Below are positions 40,053-53,745 of a DNA stretch of 64,000 nt, piece after piece. The stretch's first letter is position 1; every line of letters starts with the position of its first letter. The notes beneath the pieces are model-generated. The model saw nothing but the letters and a program-made list of their open reading frames with translations, made no database searches and was not told where the DNA came from. The DNA comes from Tachypleus tridentatus (Eukaryota). The position numbers and the translations under genes are program-made. The DNA lies in assembly GCF_004210375.1 (NCBI RefSeq), contig NC_134831.1, positions 99,017,522 to 99,081,521 of the forward strand, in the 5' to 3' direction.

Positions 40053-41626
40053 CTAGAAGAAATAACTTGTATTACAGAAGTTATCATCGAAATAAACTGC
40101 AAAAAAGATGTTTCTTTATGAGAAAAACAAATTAACAAATTACAGAATAAACGGTTAAACAATTTTAGTATTTTTCTGGTAGTACCAATGTTATTTGGAA
40201 ACTACCAAATCTAGAACACCAAAAACAATTTATAATTAACCATAACTATGTTTCAAAACACAAAATCTTGTTTAATTTAGTTTTCTAAACTAAATTATGC
40301 TTATTTTTTACAAAACAACCTTTCAAAATTATGCACTTAACTAAATATTATTGCATTCCATAGAAAACAAATCTTATTTTTCTGGAAAGTGTCCAAGACA
40401 TTTCATTCCACCAATCTACATATCTTAGGTGAGGCAATGAAAAACAAGAGACCACTGGATGTACTAATATTAGTGGAAAACATTCACCTGATAAACAAAG
40501 ATTACTATTCCTTCAAAAAAAAAATACTATCTTGAAAATATTATGGAAAACATATTGAAAATGACATTAAATCCATCTGAGAAAAATCAAGCCAGAACAT
40601 TTATTATGTGCAGGAAGCTTTATGCTGAGCCAGAACATTTATTATGTGCAGGAAGCTTTATGCTGAGCCAGAACATTTATTATGTGCAGGAAGGTTTATG
40701 CTGAGCCAGAACATTTATTATGTGCAGGAAGCTTTATGCTGTTGGACTTAATAGAAGCACATAAACTTTACAGCCTGTTAATCACAGCAGTAAACGCTGA
40801 GTATTAGCTCTCTTGATGCCTAAACCATCAAAGTTGCGGGTGAAAACCAATAAAGTGAATAAACAAAATTCCCACTACATGCTTCACACACTGCAGTTAA
40901 GTTTAAACTAATGAAGAACAGCGTGTTTGCAAACTGAAAATAATAGTAGGGTTAGTATTAACAGAATTAGCCTGTTTTAATTGTCTTGAATTTAGCCCAC
41001 CAGTAACAAGTAACAGTTAAGAGAATCATGAAATCATTGCTACATTTTGAAATTCTGAGCATTATACACTGTCTGTATTCATGGAATCTAACTTATTTAT
41101 TCTGAGGTATCTGGAGTGTGACCTAAAATCATGAAGAAGGAAGCATCTTAAATTCCCACTACACATCAAAATTACTCTGCAGGGGAAGTGGTATTTTTAA
41201 GTGCATTTGTGTCAATTGTTGATGACAAGTTTTAGTTAAGTGTAGGTGTGATTAAAGTCAAATATGAATGAACTTTATACAAAAATGGAGACCCAGCAGT
41301 CAAACAGGGCACTTTATTTGTCAAAATGTGTTGTCCAAATATCTTTGTAAACAAACTGTATGTTGCTAAGATACAGTTGAAGCCATAATTCTTCTAAGCC
41401 TTATTGAAATACATTCTGTTGATCTTTCTCGTAGGTCACTCTTTTCATTAAATGGCTAAAAACATTATCATTCTGAATCTTTTCTATAGAAAATTAAATA
41501 AAACAAGAAAGAATGTTACAAATGTAAATATTTAAATATGCAAACCAGATATACTTTCCATTATAAAGTTCATTTATTTTGGTTTTTCAGCAACATATTG
41601 TTAACTCTACACTGCAGATAGCTTAC

Positions 41627-41725
41627 ATTTACTTCCTCTTCTGTGAAATCTATAACTGACAAAGCACTTTTAACAATCTGGAACTGTGCAGTGTCATCAA
41701 GTCTATTCACTCTGGTACTGTTACC
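41627..41725 (-). CDS. Class I myosin exon. It encodes GNSTRVNRLDDTAQFQIVKSALSVIDFTEEEVN.
   Basis: Aligns with MYO1C ...[26 protein letters not shown]. Acceptor ttctag|, donor AAT|gtaagc. 33 codons. Confidence 0.85.
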
Positions 41726-42094
41726 CTAGAAAGAGGCAGTAGTTAAACCCGTTACCTAAAGAGTAATTATTTAAAAATTATAAAGGCAAATGTACAATAC
41801 AAAACAGTTTCTTATAAAATAAGGAAAATTATAATGAAGAAGTACTGCTAGGCACTGGAACAGTGGGGCCCATGCTCTGATTTTATTTGAAAGTGCCCCA
41901 AATCCCCAGTGAAAAATCAGAACAGAAAAACCATGATTGATTTCATATTGAAATGCCACAAATTACTCTGCCTATGAGTCCAAGCCTTGAATAAAGCACC
42001 TTCCAATGTCTCTGCAAAAGCCATTTTATATGATGTTTACTAAATTTCACATAAAGCACCTCAGGCCTACTAGCTGTCCATAATTTTGTAGTAA

Positions 42095-42270
42095 TAGTCA
42101 TCAAACACTGCCAACTCCTGGGCTACTCTTTATCGATGAAGAAGAGAAAGATTGACTGTCATGTTATAATGCCCTAATAAGTGAAAATGTGAACATGTTT
42201 AGGATGGGGTTCAAACCCATGATCCACAGATTGTGAATCAAATGCCCTAATCACTAGCTATCGTGATATC
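42095..42270 (-). mobile_element. Diverged partial SINE1 copy.
   Basis: The segments ccaactcctgggctactcttta...gattgactgtcatgttataatgccc...ggggttcaaaccc are collinear with the reverse complement of family 1. Confidence 0.55.
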
Positions 42271-42439
42271 TTGAGCATCAAAGCTGGGGAGAGAAACAAC
42301 AATCTGAAGAAACAAAATACACACCCTGAGTTGCAGATGATGAACCCAAGTTTGACAGCAACTGAAGAACACTGTTGTTCCCAACTGTGAATAACAGTAG
42401 AGGTAGAATCAAAGCATTAGCCTGTTTTAATTTACTTGA

Positions 42440-43010
42440 ATTTGGTCCAATAGTAGTAGTTTACAAATAGCTTTGTTAACACGGAGATAATAGCAGTAGT
42501 TTACAAATAGCTTTGTTAACACGGAGATAATAGCAGTAGTTTACAAATAGCTTTGTTAACACGGAGATAATAGCAGTAGTTTACAAATAGCTTTGTTAAC
42601 ACGGAGATAATAGCAGTAGTTTACAAATAGCTTTGTTAACACGGAGATAATAGCAGTAGTTTACAAATAGCTTTGTTAACACGGAGATAATAGCAGTAGT
42701 TTACAAATAGCTTTGTTAACACGGAGATAATAGCAGTAGTTTACAAATAGCTTTGTTAACACGGAGATAGTAGTAGTAGTTTACAAATAGCTTTGTTAAC
42801 ACGAAGATAATAGTAGTAGTTTACAAATAGCTTTGTTAACACGAAGATAATAGTAGTAGTTTACAAATAGCTTTGTTAACACGAAGATAATAGTAGTAGT
42901 TTACAAATAGCTTTGTTAACACGGAGATAATAGTAGTAGTTTACAAATAGCTTTGTTAACACGGAGATAATAGTAGTAGTTTACAAATAGCTTTGTTAAC
43001 ATGGAGGTAA
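42440..43010. repeat. Tandem repeat of a 40-bp unit, about 14 copies.
   Basis: The unit tagtttacaaatagctttgttaacacggagataatagcag is repeated. Variants acgaag/acggag and tagtag/tagcag cluster in blocks. Confidence 0.95.
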
Positions 43011-44646
43011 TAGCAGTAGTTTATTTACCTTTTTAACCATTGGAAACAGAAGTCATCTGAAATTATGAGCTTTTCACTAGAAAACTGATAAGGCCAATAT
43101 CTTATTTAATTCCTAATATATAACAAGGGTATACAGGTATGTGTTGTGTATAACAAGGGTATACAGGTATGTGTTGTATATAACAAGGGTATACAGGTAT
43201 GTGTTGTGCTTTTTTCCTACTATCAGACCAAAAACAAGAACCTTAAACTGTTATTCTACTAAGAAAATCCAGTATGTAAGTGATGTTACACAAGTTATAT
43301 CCTGTCAATAAAGAGAGATAAATATTTTCATTTAATAATCAGATGATGGTAAGTAGGACCTGATACAAATGTAAGATTAAATTTGAATCCAATGTTAAAC
43401 CATAAAGGGAAGAAAACCTGACTCAATTGCTTCATTCTAAATGATATCAAAGAGAATTTTATGTCTTTATGACTAAAAAAAATAATTTTGTTTATTTTTT
43501 ATAGTTGAGCTTAAAGCTACACTATTGTGCTATGTCCAACCCAAGTATCAAAATTCAATTTTTATAATTTTAAGTCTGTAGACTTACAGCTATACCACTG
43601 GGAGGTGAAAAAATATGGAGCTACAGCTTCAATCACATTATTTAACATATTGAAGAAAACACAGCAACTCAAGTTCTCTTTTATCTTATTACAAATTAGC
43701 TGGAGTGCCCATCCCCTGGATAAAAGTTATGTAATTCTTGATTAATGACAGGTTATCTTAGGATATGAAAAGTTGCTTCCGTTACGCATACTTGTGAAAA
43801 TTGCCCATAGAAACTGCAAAACACAGAACTGAAAATTTGTATCTATCTCTCCATGGACTCAATGAGCCTCCTTATTATATATGCTGAAAGTCCATCCACA
43901 GGAGGTGAGAAACTATCAGAAAATGATAAAAACAATGTAAGACTTAACATTAGTATGCACCCTCACACAGGCCTAATGAACTGCCATAAACACTTTGGTA
44001 AAGATCCATCCACACTCTGCAAATCAGTGATATGGACATACAACAGAATACTATAAAATTTGTGTAGATACGTATGATTTACCCTAAAATAAATTCTTTT
44101 CTGTATAGCTGTCGCTACCACTTAGGTTTATTACACCTTCTTATTGGCTATATGATACAATGCAGAATTTACAGTTTACTTAATATGTAACTGTTTCTTG
44201 CTTAAACATGATTTCTTAATAAGTGATACTTTAAAAACAAGAAACCCAAAGACTGTGAAGTACTCTATACTACAGAGTGTTTGGAAAGTCACTGTGCAGT
44301 TTTGAAAGTAGCAATAACAGCATTCATTCAGTCTATTTCAAGCCAGCAACTGATAGCGGTGTTTAGAAACAAAATAAGAAGGATCCAGGTCTGTACTGAT
44401 GCCAACGGGGCCACTTTCAACATTGTTTATAAATGTCATTCATATTTACCTCCTGTATTCTATATTGAAACATGTCTGTTAATAAATATACAAGTGCACA
44501 CTGACTTTCCGTATACCCTGTATTTTCATAACTAGTACTATATACATACATATGTACATGCTGTACATTTATTAACATTATCTTAATAATGTAATAACAA
44601 AAATTAACAAGTATATTAATTAATAAATTGAGAACATATTTGGTAC

Positions 44647-44826
44647 TTGGTTCAGGTAATAGTAAAACTCTGGATCACGCCGAAGAAATAACGTCTGTAA
44701 AGTGCTATCGTCGGCCCCCATGACTAGCTGGTAGAATATATGGAAGTTCCTTTCTCCAGTGTTCTGATGAGTCACCCGAGACTTCTCCAAAAGGTAGTTA
44801 AGTACATGGCCACCAAGAGGTGCACC
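44647..44826 (-). CDS. Class I myosin exon. It encodes [60 protein letters not shown].
   Basis: Collinear with MYO1[36 protein letters not shown]... Acceptor tattattag|, donor CAA|gtacca. Length 180 nt, 60 codons. Confidence 0.9.
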
Positions 44827-47800
44827 CTAATAATAGTCCACTTCTACAGTGATAATGTCTCACACAATATTTTGACCTCTTATCACATTAAAATGTACCT
44901 TATGATAATAGTAACAATGAACATAATGCTGAACAATATACAATTTGCCAAAAAACAGCCTTGTTGTGAATATATTAATCAGCAATTGTAGAGTACAAGA
45001 TTAAAAATTCTGTAAACACTATAAATTACACACACACACACACACACACACATATAAGTTAATCTTTAATTTAGTAAAAAATACTGTAAGAAATATGCAG
45101 ATAATATCAAAAAGCAGCAGGTTAAAAATAAGCAGACAACATACTTTAACAATAACAATAAAGGATAAATCAAACTTCTGGTGTATAGCTTACTTTTTAC
45201 TTATATTTTTTTGTTTCTTACATTTCCTTATACTGATCGTGGTGAATATTTTAGTACTGAAGTACAGTAAATAAAAAAATATATTTATTAATACCATAAG
45301 TTTCAATTACTGATAATTTAAGCCTGTGTATTAATAATGTTTCAAGTACTTTATTGTTAAATGTACACTTATCTATTTATTTAAACTTCAGATTATAAAC
45401 GTTCTTATATCATTAGCTACTTGCAAGAACCACATATTGCATACTGTTGAGTGATTTTATGTTGTTCTCTCTTACAACTCTCATGGTAAAGAACGAATAA
45501 AATAAACTTGTGTGAAAATTTCCTTCTCCTAAGTAAAATACATAAGCACCAGCAATAATTCATTGTAATATTATTGGTAATTTTGTTTACATTTTTTATC
45601 TGTGCTTCGAATGTTATTAGGAACCCCATAACCAATAATTTCACAGATCCATGAACAGTTTAAGGAAGAAAACAATACATGCCTGTGGTACTTACTTTCA
45701 TGTAACTTACAATGTGTATGTCCTTTAAATAGTTTATAATCCAAAAATAGTGATTTATGTTGTACCTATTATACAGCATTCTAAAATGTATAATAGCCAG
45801 CAAATACACTAAGTGAATAACACTTCTTTGAAATATTAAATTGTCATAACGTATAAATACATAGTTCCTATTATTGTTTCTGCAAGATATTTTTTATATC
45901 TAGTTGATATGAATAGACAAATTAGTAAAACAGTTTTCTGGAAGTTAAATAAATACTAACACTATCCATAATATAAATCCAATAAAATTGATAACAATAA
46001 GTGAATTATAAACACAAGACATTGTTACAGCTTCCTGAGTAGATACATAAATACAAAGAATGCCCAAGATATATATATTTTTCCAATAAAGATCTTTCTA
46101 AGACCTACTGTTATTGTCCTATGTTTAAATGGAATGTAATACCATCAGGCATGTGATCTACAGCCAACAACTGTTAGTTGTTGATTTAAATATATATTAG
46201 TAATTTTGTATTCTTTGACATACATGGAGAAAGTGAGAGAATTCAAACATATATCCTAATTTGGTATAAAAATAGGGTTTGTCTTTCCCTTTCACAATCT
46301 GATAATGGTTTAAAAGTTATCTAAGACTAAGTAGAGAATGAAGTGTTCCTTGACAAATGGGAAACATATACAGTGTTGCATGACAATTTGTTCTGAATGA
46401 CATCAAAACAAACCATAATCTCAGGTAATTTATGAAACCTCTTGTTTTACAAGATAATGCATTAACTAAGGTAAAATATTAACATGTAAATCATGATGGA
46501 AAGAAGAACAAAATTACCTCTATTGCAATAAACCAAAAGTTTCTAAATGAGGTCTGATATTTATTTATTGTGAGTTAGCGATATGTATTTACTGTAAGCT
46601 AGCGATATTTATTATGAGTTAGCGATATGTATTTATTGTAAGTTAGCGATATTTATTGTAAGTTAGTGATATTTATTATAAGTTAGTGATATTTATTTTG
46701 CATATTCCTGTCCTCAGTTAGAAGCTACAAAACAAATTAAACATTACTGTTTTTCTAACACCTGTAATTTCACAGATCAGGTGCCTGCATGAGAAGTTCC
46801 TACATAGGATCTCAGTTCTCAAGATATAGCATACCTTTCAATTTGGAAATTTTTTAAAAGTAAGATTTGAATGTTCTTGGTTTAAACAGTGCAATGTTGA
46901 CCCTTAAGTTTTCTAGGGCTGGTCTGGTGATTTTCAAAACACGGACGAACACAAGTCAATTAACTTCTGTCTTTACTTCTCTTCAAAACATCCTTTCTTT
47001 CTAGCTCTAGATATATGTAGACGTTTATTAGTTCTATAAATATTAACTACACACAAGAATATCTGATTAACAGAAGACTGATCTTGTCTGTATCTTGTTT
47101 CTGTATGTTCATCCTTTACTCCTGAAGTTTATATCACCAACTGAAATTATTAATCTATTAACTGGCAAGAATCCCAGCAAAGTTTAATGGCATCTGAAAA
47201 ATTGCTGGTTAAGGGCTGATAAGGCAATGTTTCCTTAATACAATTACTGATCCTGAGTTTGTATGGCTTATAAAACTTTAAAGATAACTTGGCATGGATG
47301 TTAGTGGAAATTATTACAGATTGTTTGGTTGAATCTTTAACATGGAGAAGAAAGAAAATCAAGTAAATTAGTCTTTCTTTGAGCAGAGACTATTCTTTAT
47401 ACTATAATTTGTAGTCTCTACCCTCTTTAATACAAGATGGTGTACTCATCAACTAACTCGCTTCTATCCTTTTGAGATACAAAAATCATAACGTCTGTAA
47501 TTAGGAATACTGTGTGACCTTCTCAGAGATGTTTTAAGAATTGTTTTTACATAATATCTATCCATGATACATAGTGGCTTCATTTTCTATCATAGAAAAA
47601 ACCTTAAGCCAATTAAAGCTACAGCTGGTTTGAAGGGATTTAACAAATCTTTCAAATACAATTTCAACATGTATATTTAAAGTATGATGTTAAAGTCATG
47701 GATGAAAGTCTATTGAAATGATTAATGAATTACAAACAGATTAAAAAAAAACATTATATAGTAATTCATGCATACATTACTCCCAGAAATGCTTAAAACA

Positions 47801-48188
47801 GTTTAGAATAATTTCAAAACATACTCCATAGTATCTCAAATGAGCAATACCTTTCTCAGTCTTGTGATATAGCTTTAAACTGTATAAGATCTTTCCAATA
47901 GGAATATTAAGAAAGTATGAACAGATTCATATTATATTCTAACTAAATTTGATAGTTTAACAAAATAAATGCTGCTTTATAAGTTGACAGAGGTAAAGAT
48001 AAGAATATATTTAGTTGAACATCGAATGATCTATAATCACCTGAAATACAACTATGAAAAACAAGCATAAGAGAATTCCCCTAATCAAACTAAAGGAATC
48101 ATGAATACAAAGGCATTTCTATAAAAATTAAGATATGTGTAAAACCAAGAAACTAATATATAAACCAAAGCACTTTTTTTGTACATAC

Positions 48189-48269
48189 CAAAAAGTTGAA
48201 TTCAATATCCATGTACTTGCCAAACCTACTAGAATTGTCATTTCGATTGGTTTTGGCATTCCCAAAAGC
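48189..48269 (-). CDS. Class I myosin exon (switch I region). It encodes [27 protein letters not shown].
   Basis: Near-exact match to the conserved myosin motif [18 protein letters not shown]. Acceptor ttttgtag|, donor TTG|gtatgt. Phase 0 at both ends. Confidence 0.92.
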
Positions 48270-49899
48270 CTACAAAAAGAAAACGTCAAATTTACTATTA
48301 CTGACACATGAAAAACATGCACAACACACTTGGGAAATTCAGTAAAATGTAAATAATATGTGCAATATGTCCTTCTCACCATGACATCACATGAAGTATC
48401 ATTGTACACAACACTGTAAACTGACCTCAGAAGTTTTATACACCTACCAAGTTACTGTATCCTTAAGTTTCTAAATAATGCATGGACATATTTCAAATAA
48501 CCTCACAGAAAAAAAAAGCCACAAATCATGGGACACTGAAGGACAGCATAATCCAAATCTCTAGATGTAACAGAACCCAAAAGGATGCCACATTCACTGT
48601 TTCTCAAAGTGTTCAAAGTCCTGAGTGTTCAACACATTCTTCCCAGGCTTCATATCATTAGTTTGTTGCATGCTAGAATTGTTAAAAATATAGAACCTAC
48701 AACAGATATATAAAAAAAACCACTGCTCTGCAGTTCATGCTACAAAATGTAGAAAAACTATGGTTCATGTTAATTATATTAAAACAATTATATGTATGCT
48801 GTACTCTTGACCATATATAATTACCACAAGAAAAAAGGTCACAACGCACAAAAAGATGGTCTATTGTATGTCAATACATGCAGCAAATGTGCACTGGTAC
48901 GAAAAATGCTTAACACTTAAATGAATTAAACTGTTCACCTTTATAAGGCTAAGAAGAGAAAAAAAACGTATTTTTTTTGGTACCATAGGTATAGCAAACC
49001 AAAAGGTATCAAATCAATGTAAATATTTTTACTATGTGTAAGAAGTTATCATGACATGCATACTCTTGGACACATTTACTTTGTGTTATTTCACTTTAGT
49101 ACAAACTAAAAGTTTTCTTTAAAGGAACAGTTTTTATGATTTATTTTCAGTAATACAGCAAGTTATGTGTCCAAAATAATAATAATGTTGTAAATTCTGA
49201 TAATAATGAATTTTTATGAGTTGTTCTTGTTCATTTGCTCAAATGTAACTGACAATGTCAGATGAGACCTTCTTTAATTAATTTACTGAAGACTATGGTC
49301 ACCAGGGTATGATTCAATTATCTCTTTTTTTTGCTATTGTAAAATGACCACTCTACACTTAACTTATAATTTACTGTAAATTAGACCTTACATGGCATGT
49401 TCTGCACCAGTATTGGTGTTTCAGCTGAGGAACGAATTCTTTATAACAGTGTTTAGTGTCAGTATGTTAATACTCGATTTTAACAGATATTCAATGTGTT
49501 GTGTACTACATTTTAAAATACAGTTAATTAACACTCTTATTTAGGTCTATGTGATGATACAATGATCAGTTTTCAGTTTGTGCATTTGTCTTAGTGCTAG
49601 AATAGAAGTAGCCAGTAATTTTATCCAAAATGCTTTATCATGTTTTGCTAAACTTTGGGTCATGGGAAAAACAAAATGGTTTCACCTTCAGATATTCACA
49701 CAATTCATGCTAATAATAGAAGCAAAAGACTATTAAAAAATCTGAATTTTTATTCAATTAGAGATGTTTTAATAAAACAACTATCTTAATAGTTTTGAAG
49801 ACTTACAAGAGCCATTTAAATACGTTTTATTAAATTCAACATACAGAAGTTGTTTGTTTGTTTTGAATTTTGTACAAAGTTACATGAGGGCTATCTGCA

Positions 49900-51180
49900 G
49901 CCTAATACAATATTTTTCTTCATGTTATATACAGAAAGTATACAGCATACTTTATTACAATCTAATACAGAAAGTATACAGCATGCTTTATTACAATCTA
50001 ATACAGAAAGTATACAGAATGTATACAGCATTCTTTATTACAATCTAATACAGAAAGTATACAGCATGCCTTATTACAATCTAATACAGAATATATATAC
50101 AGCATGCTTTATTACAATCTGATACAGAAAGTATACAGCATGCTTTATTACAATCTAATACAGAAAGTATACAGCATGCTTTATTACAATCTGATACAGA
50201 AAGTATAGAGCATACTTTATTACAATCTAATACAGAAAGTATACAGCATGCTTTATTACAATCTAATACAGAAAGTATAGAGCATGCCTTATTACAATCT
50301 AATACAGAATATATATACAGCATGCTTTATTACAATATAATACAGAAAGTATAGAGCATGCTTTATTACAATCTAATACAGAATATATATATAGCATGCT
50401 TTATTACAATCTAATACAGAAAGTATACAGTATGCTTTATTACAATCTAATACAGAAAGTACAGAGCATGCTTTATTACAATCTAATACAGAAAGTATAC
50501 AGCATGCTTTATTACAATCTAATACAGAAAGTATAGAGCATGCTTTATTACAATCTAATACAGAAAGTATAGAGCATGCCTTATTACAATCTAATACAGA
50601 ATATATATACAGCATGCTTTATTACAATATAATACAGAAAGTATAGAGCATGCTTTATTACAATCTAATACAGAATATATATATAGCATGCTTTATTACA
50701 ATCTAATACAGAAAGTATACAGTATGCTTTATTACAATCTAATACAGAAAGTACAGAGCATGCTTTATTACAATCTAATACAGAAAGTATACAGCATGCT
50801 TTATTACAATCTAATACAGAAAGTATAGAGCATGCTTTATTACAATCTAATACAGAAAGTATAGAGCATGATTTATTACAATCTAATACAGAAAGTATAG
50901 AGCATGCCTTATTACAATCTAATACAGAATATATATACAGCATGCTTTATTACAATATAATACAGAAAGTATAGAGCATGCTTTATTACAATCTAATACA
51001 GAATATATATATAGCATGCTTTATTACAATCTAATACAGAAAGTATACAGTATGCTTTATTACAATCTGATACAGAAAGTATAGAGCATGCCTTATTACA
51101 ATCTAATACAGAATATATATACAGCATGCTTTATTACAATCTAATGCAGAAAGTATACAGTATGCTTTATTATAATCTAA
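49900..51180. repeat. Satellite of a 36-39-bp unit, about 34 copies, with a roughly 292-bp higher-order periodicity.
   Basis: Unit ctttattacaatctaatacagaaagtatacagcatg. The ORFs at 50081-50323, 50373-50615 and 50665-50943 are near-identical and offset by 292 bp, which indicates a higher-order repeat. Confidence 0.9.
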
Positions 51181-52701
51181 TTTCTCTTAAATTTCAGCGT
51201 TATATGAAACATAACTGTTTCATTTTGGGAAGTTTTAAACAAAATGTAATACTTGTTAAAACTGACAATGTTAAGAAATCATGCATATGCAAAAAATCAT
51301 TTACAAAAAAACAATCCAATACCCTATCACCCAAGCACTTTTAAAAATGCACCTCTCATAATTAGTTTGCTTATGTAATTTTTTATAAATGTTCACTGTA
51401 ATTTAACTAACCATTTGCATTTAAAATGCAACATTCATAAACTTGAGTTACTTACTAACATTGAGTATAATGTGATCATTATTTTTATCTTGACCAGCAA
51501 GTGTACATTTTTTAAGTGGTTAGTTTTCTAAGTTGGTTCTGAGACACTGATTAACCTCTAAGGATATATCAGAAAAATATGTCCTGTCAAAACTGCTGTG
51601 CCTGATTAAAGGACTTCATTTTTTTTTCACACATGTGAAAAAACTTCCTTTATTGTTCACACACGCATTTTCCCTATCCTTATAGTTTGTTTTTTTAATT
51701 AATATTATTATAACGTTTTAACATATATCCACTTTTAATTATTCTTATAGATTCTTTTATAGGTTAGTTACAATGGAGCATAAGTGAGTAATTTTCATGA
51801 GGTTCGTGTTTGAATTAGAACATCAAATTTAAATTTTATGTTATATAGAGCTTGAGCACATTATATTAAATAAAATTATTCTGGAGCCTCAAAATGATGT
51901 AGCAGTCTATGTTATCATGTTCTGTCTATGCATCCTGACATTAGCTATGCATCATAGTTTCCATTGCAAACGATTTTGTCATAAGGCTATAATATCCAAA
52001 GCACACTACTCCTACTTGAATTGTATCCATAATCCATCAGGTGTACAGTAAGTCAATGGAAAATACATCAAGTAACTTGACCAACATGTCTTTGTACTGA
52101 AAATAACAAATGCTTCTTTCATTTTATAGCTACTTGAGTCATGTAATAGTTGAACAGATATGTTATGAAAGCAACTCTTATTATGGTTTTTCCAGACAGC
52201 AGTCCTTCTTGATTATGTTACATACTGTTGCCTGAGGCATTTAATCAACTTTTGCTGCTGACCTTTGTGACTATAAATTATTACCTTTTATAAGATGCCA
52301 CCTTTTGCTTATCAAATCAGGGATATGACTTGATAGAAGTCTCTTTATTTTTGGTCCTGGTTCCCCAAGTTGGTCATTTTACAAGGGGCATCCTCATTAA
52401 AAAACCTGATCTGGACATATTTTTATGTAAATGTATGAATATCTTGTGTTGGAAAAGGCTGTTACACATCAGCTGTTATTGCCATGTGAATTGCTGAGTT
52501 ACATATTCAAAATTATTTTAATATAATATACTCACTTCTCTGTCCATAAGCATCAGCCACAACTAACTTTTAAAAATTTTTAAGAGTTTTATACTTTGGG
52601 TTAAAAAGGTCAGTCTAAATCTTGTTTATGTTCTACACAACAATAAGCCATAGCTTTTAGAACTTGTATAAGCTATACATTAAAATTCAAAAGATTTTCT
52701 A

Positions 52702-52901
52702 CCTCTAGTACAGGATTAGAATTCAAGAGTTTTTCTTTCACATGTTCCACCTGCTTAACATGATAACTTGCAGCAGCAAGGTAATGTAGGATTTTTTTTG
52801 AAGCTTCAGTCTTTCCTGCCCCACTTTCCCCAGATATCAGGATACACTGATCTCGACATTCCTCATGCAGCAGCCTATAGGCTGAGTCAGCAATGGCAAA
52901 T
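52702..52901 (-). CDS. Class I myosin exon (P-loop / ATP-binding). It encodes [43 protein letters not shown]...LLNSNPVLE.
   Basis: The minus-strand translation contains the canonical myosin P-loop GESGAGKTE and the NPVLE motif. It aligns with MYO1C residues around HLFAVAD...SNPVLE. The acceptor is tttatttatag| and the donor is GAG|gtagaa. Phase agrees with the next exon. Confidence 0.9.
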
Positions 52902-52944
52902 CTATAAATAAAACATATCATGAAAGAGAAAGACATTAGTAATC

Positions 52945-53400
52945 ATTTTTGGTCTATTATCTTTATAACATAATGTTTAGAAGCAACAAGGGACCTGTTG
53001 GTCCATCTTGGCTGTCCCATCCTTTAAGTAAAACTAAACTGTTTTTTAAAAGTCAATCCTTATCATTCATATATCTATCATGCTTTCTTTTAAACTCACT
53101 CAAATTTACTGCCTTTACAACATCCGAAGGTAACCAACTCCACAGGCCAACCACTCTATTAATTATAAACTTTGTTAAATGACCTTACAAAGTATATATT
53201 ATCAGACTTTTCAAAAATTTTTCAACAACTGATGTAAGACAAATAAGCCTATAATTACTGGTACAATTTCTATTACCCATTTTAAATATAGGAGTGACAT
53301 TAGCTAATTTCCAATCTGTTGATACACCATTCAAGTCTTTGACCTACCTTAAAACCCTAGAGGAAATATTATCTGTCCTAAAAGCCTTATCATTCTTTAA
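52945..53400 (-). mobile_element. LINE reverse-transcriptase fragment in the myosin intron.
   Basis: The minus-strand translation gives DWKLANVTPIFKMGNRNCTSNYRLICLTSVVEKFLKSLI, the conserved RT domain 0/1 region of CR1/RTE-like LINEs. Confidence 0.7.
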
Positions 53401-53539
53401 ATCTCCCAATTTTATTTAAACAAGATCAGAATTTATACAACTGTCTTGTTCAACTTTGTTTTCATTTGTGAGTTGTTCAAGATGACGATTACTGCTTAAA
53501 TATTCATTAGTAAAAATTGAAAAAAAAATGCAGAATCCA

Positions 53540-53745
53540 ATGACCTAGCCATTTCATAATCATCACATACAAGCCTTCACTTGCCAACCTTCATGTCCTA
53601 TCGCAGAATTCAACGACCTAGCCATTTCATAATCATCACATACAAGCCTTCACTTGCCAACCTTCATGTCCTATCGCAGAATTCAATAACCTAGCCGTTT
53701 CATAATCATCACATACAAGCCTTCACTTACCAACTTTCATGGGTC
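53540..53745. repeat. Tandem repeat of a roughly 63-bp unit, 3 copies.
   Basis: The motif cagaattcaacgacctagccatttcataatcatcacatacaagccttcacttgccaaccttcatgtcctatcg is repeated. Confidence 0.8.

Noticed and set aside
41290-41400. Candidate exon encoding ELWLQLYLSNIQFVYKD, a weak LxLxNIxF resemblance to the myosin LHLGNIHF region.
   Set aside because: The genuine LHLGN exon lies at 39942-40052 with good splice sites. This candidate lacks a phase-compatible acceptor and carries a G to S change at the invariant Gly.
52949-53182. Plus-strand ORF 52949-53182 (77 aa).
   Set aside because: It is antisense to a LINE reverse-transcriptase fragment, and it is the minus strand that reads DWKLANVTPIFK...NYRLICLTSVV.
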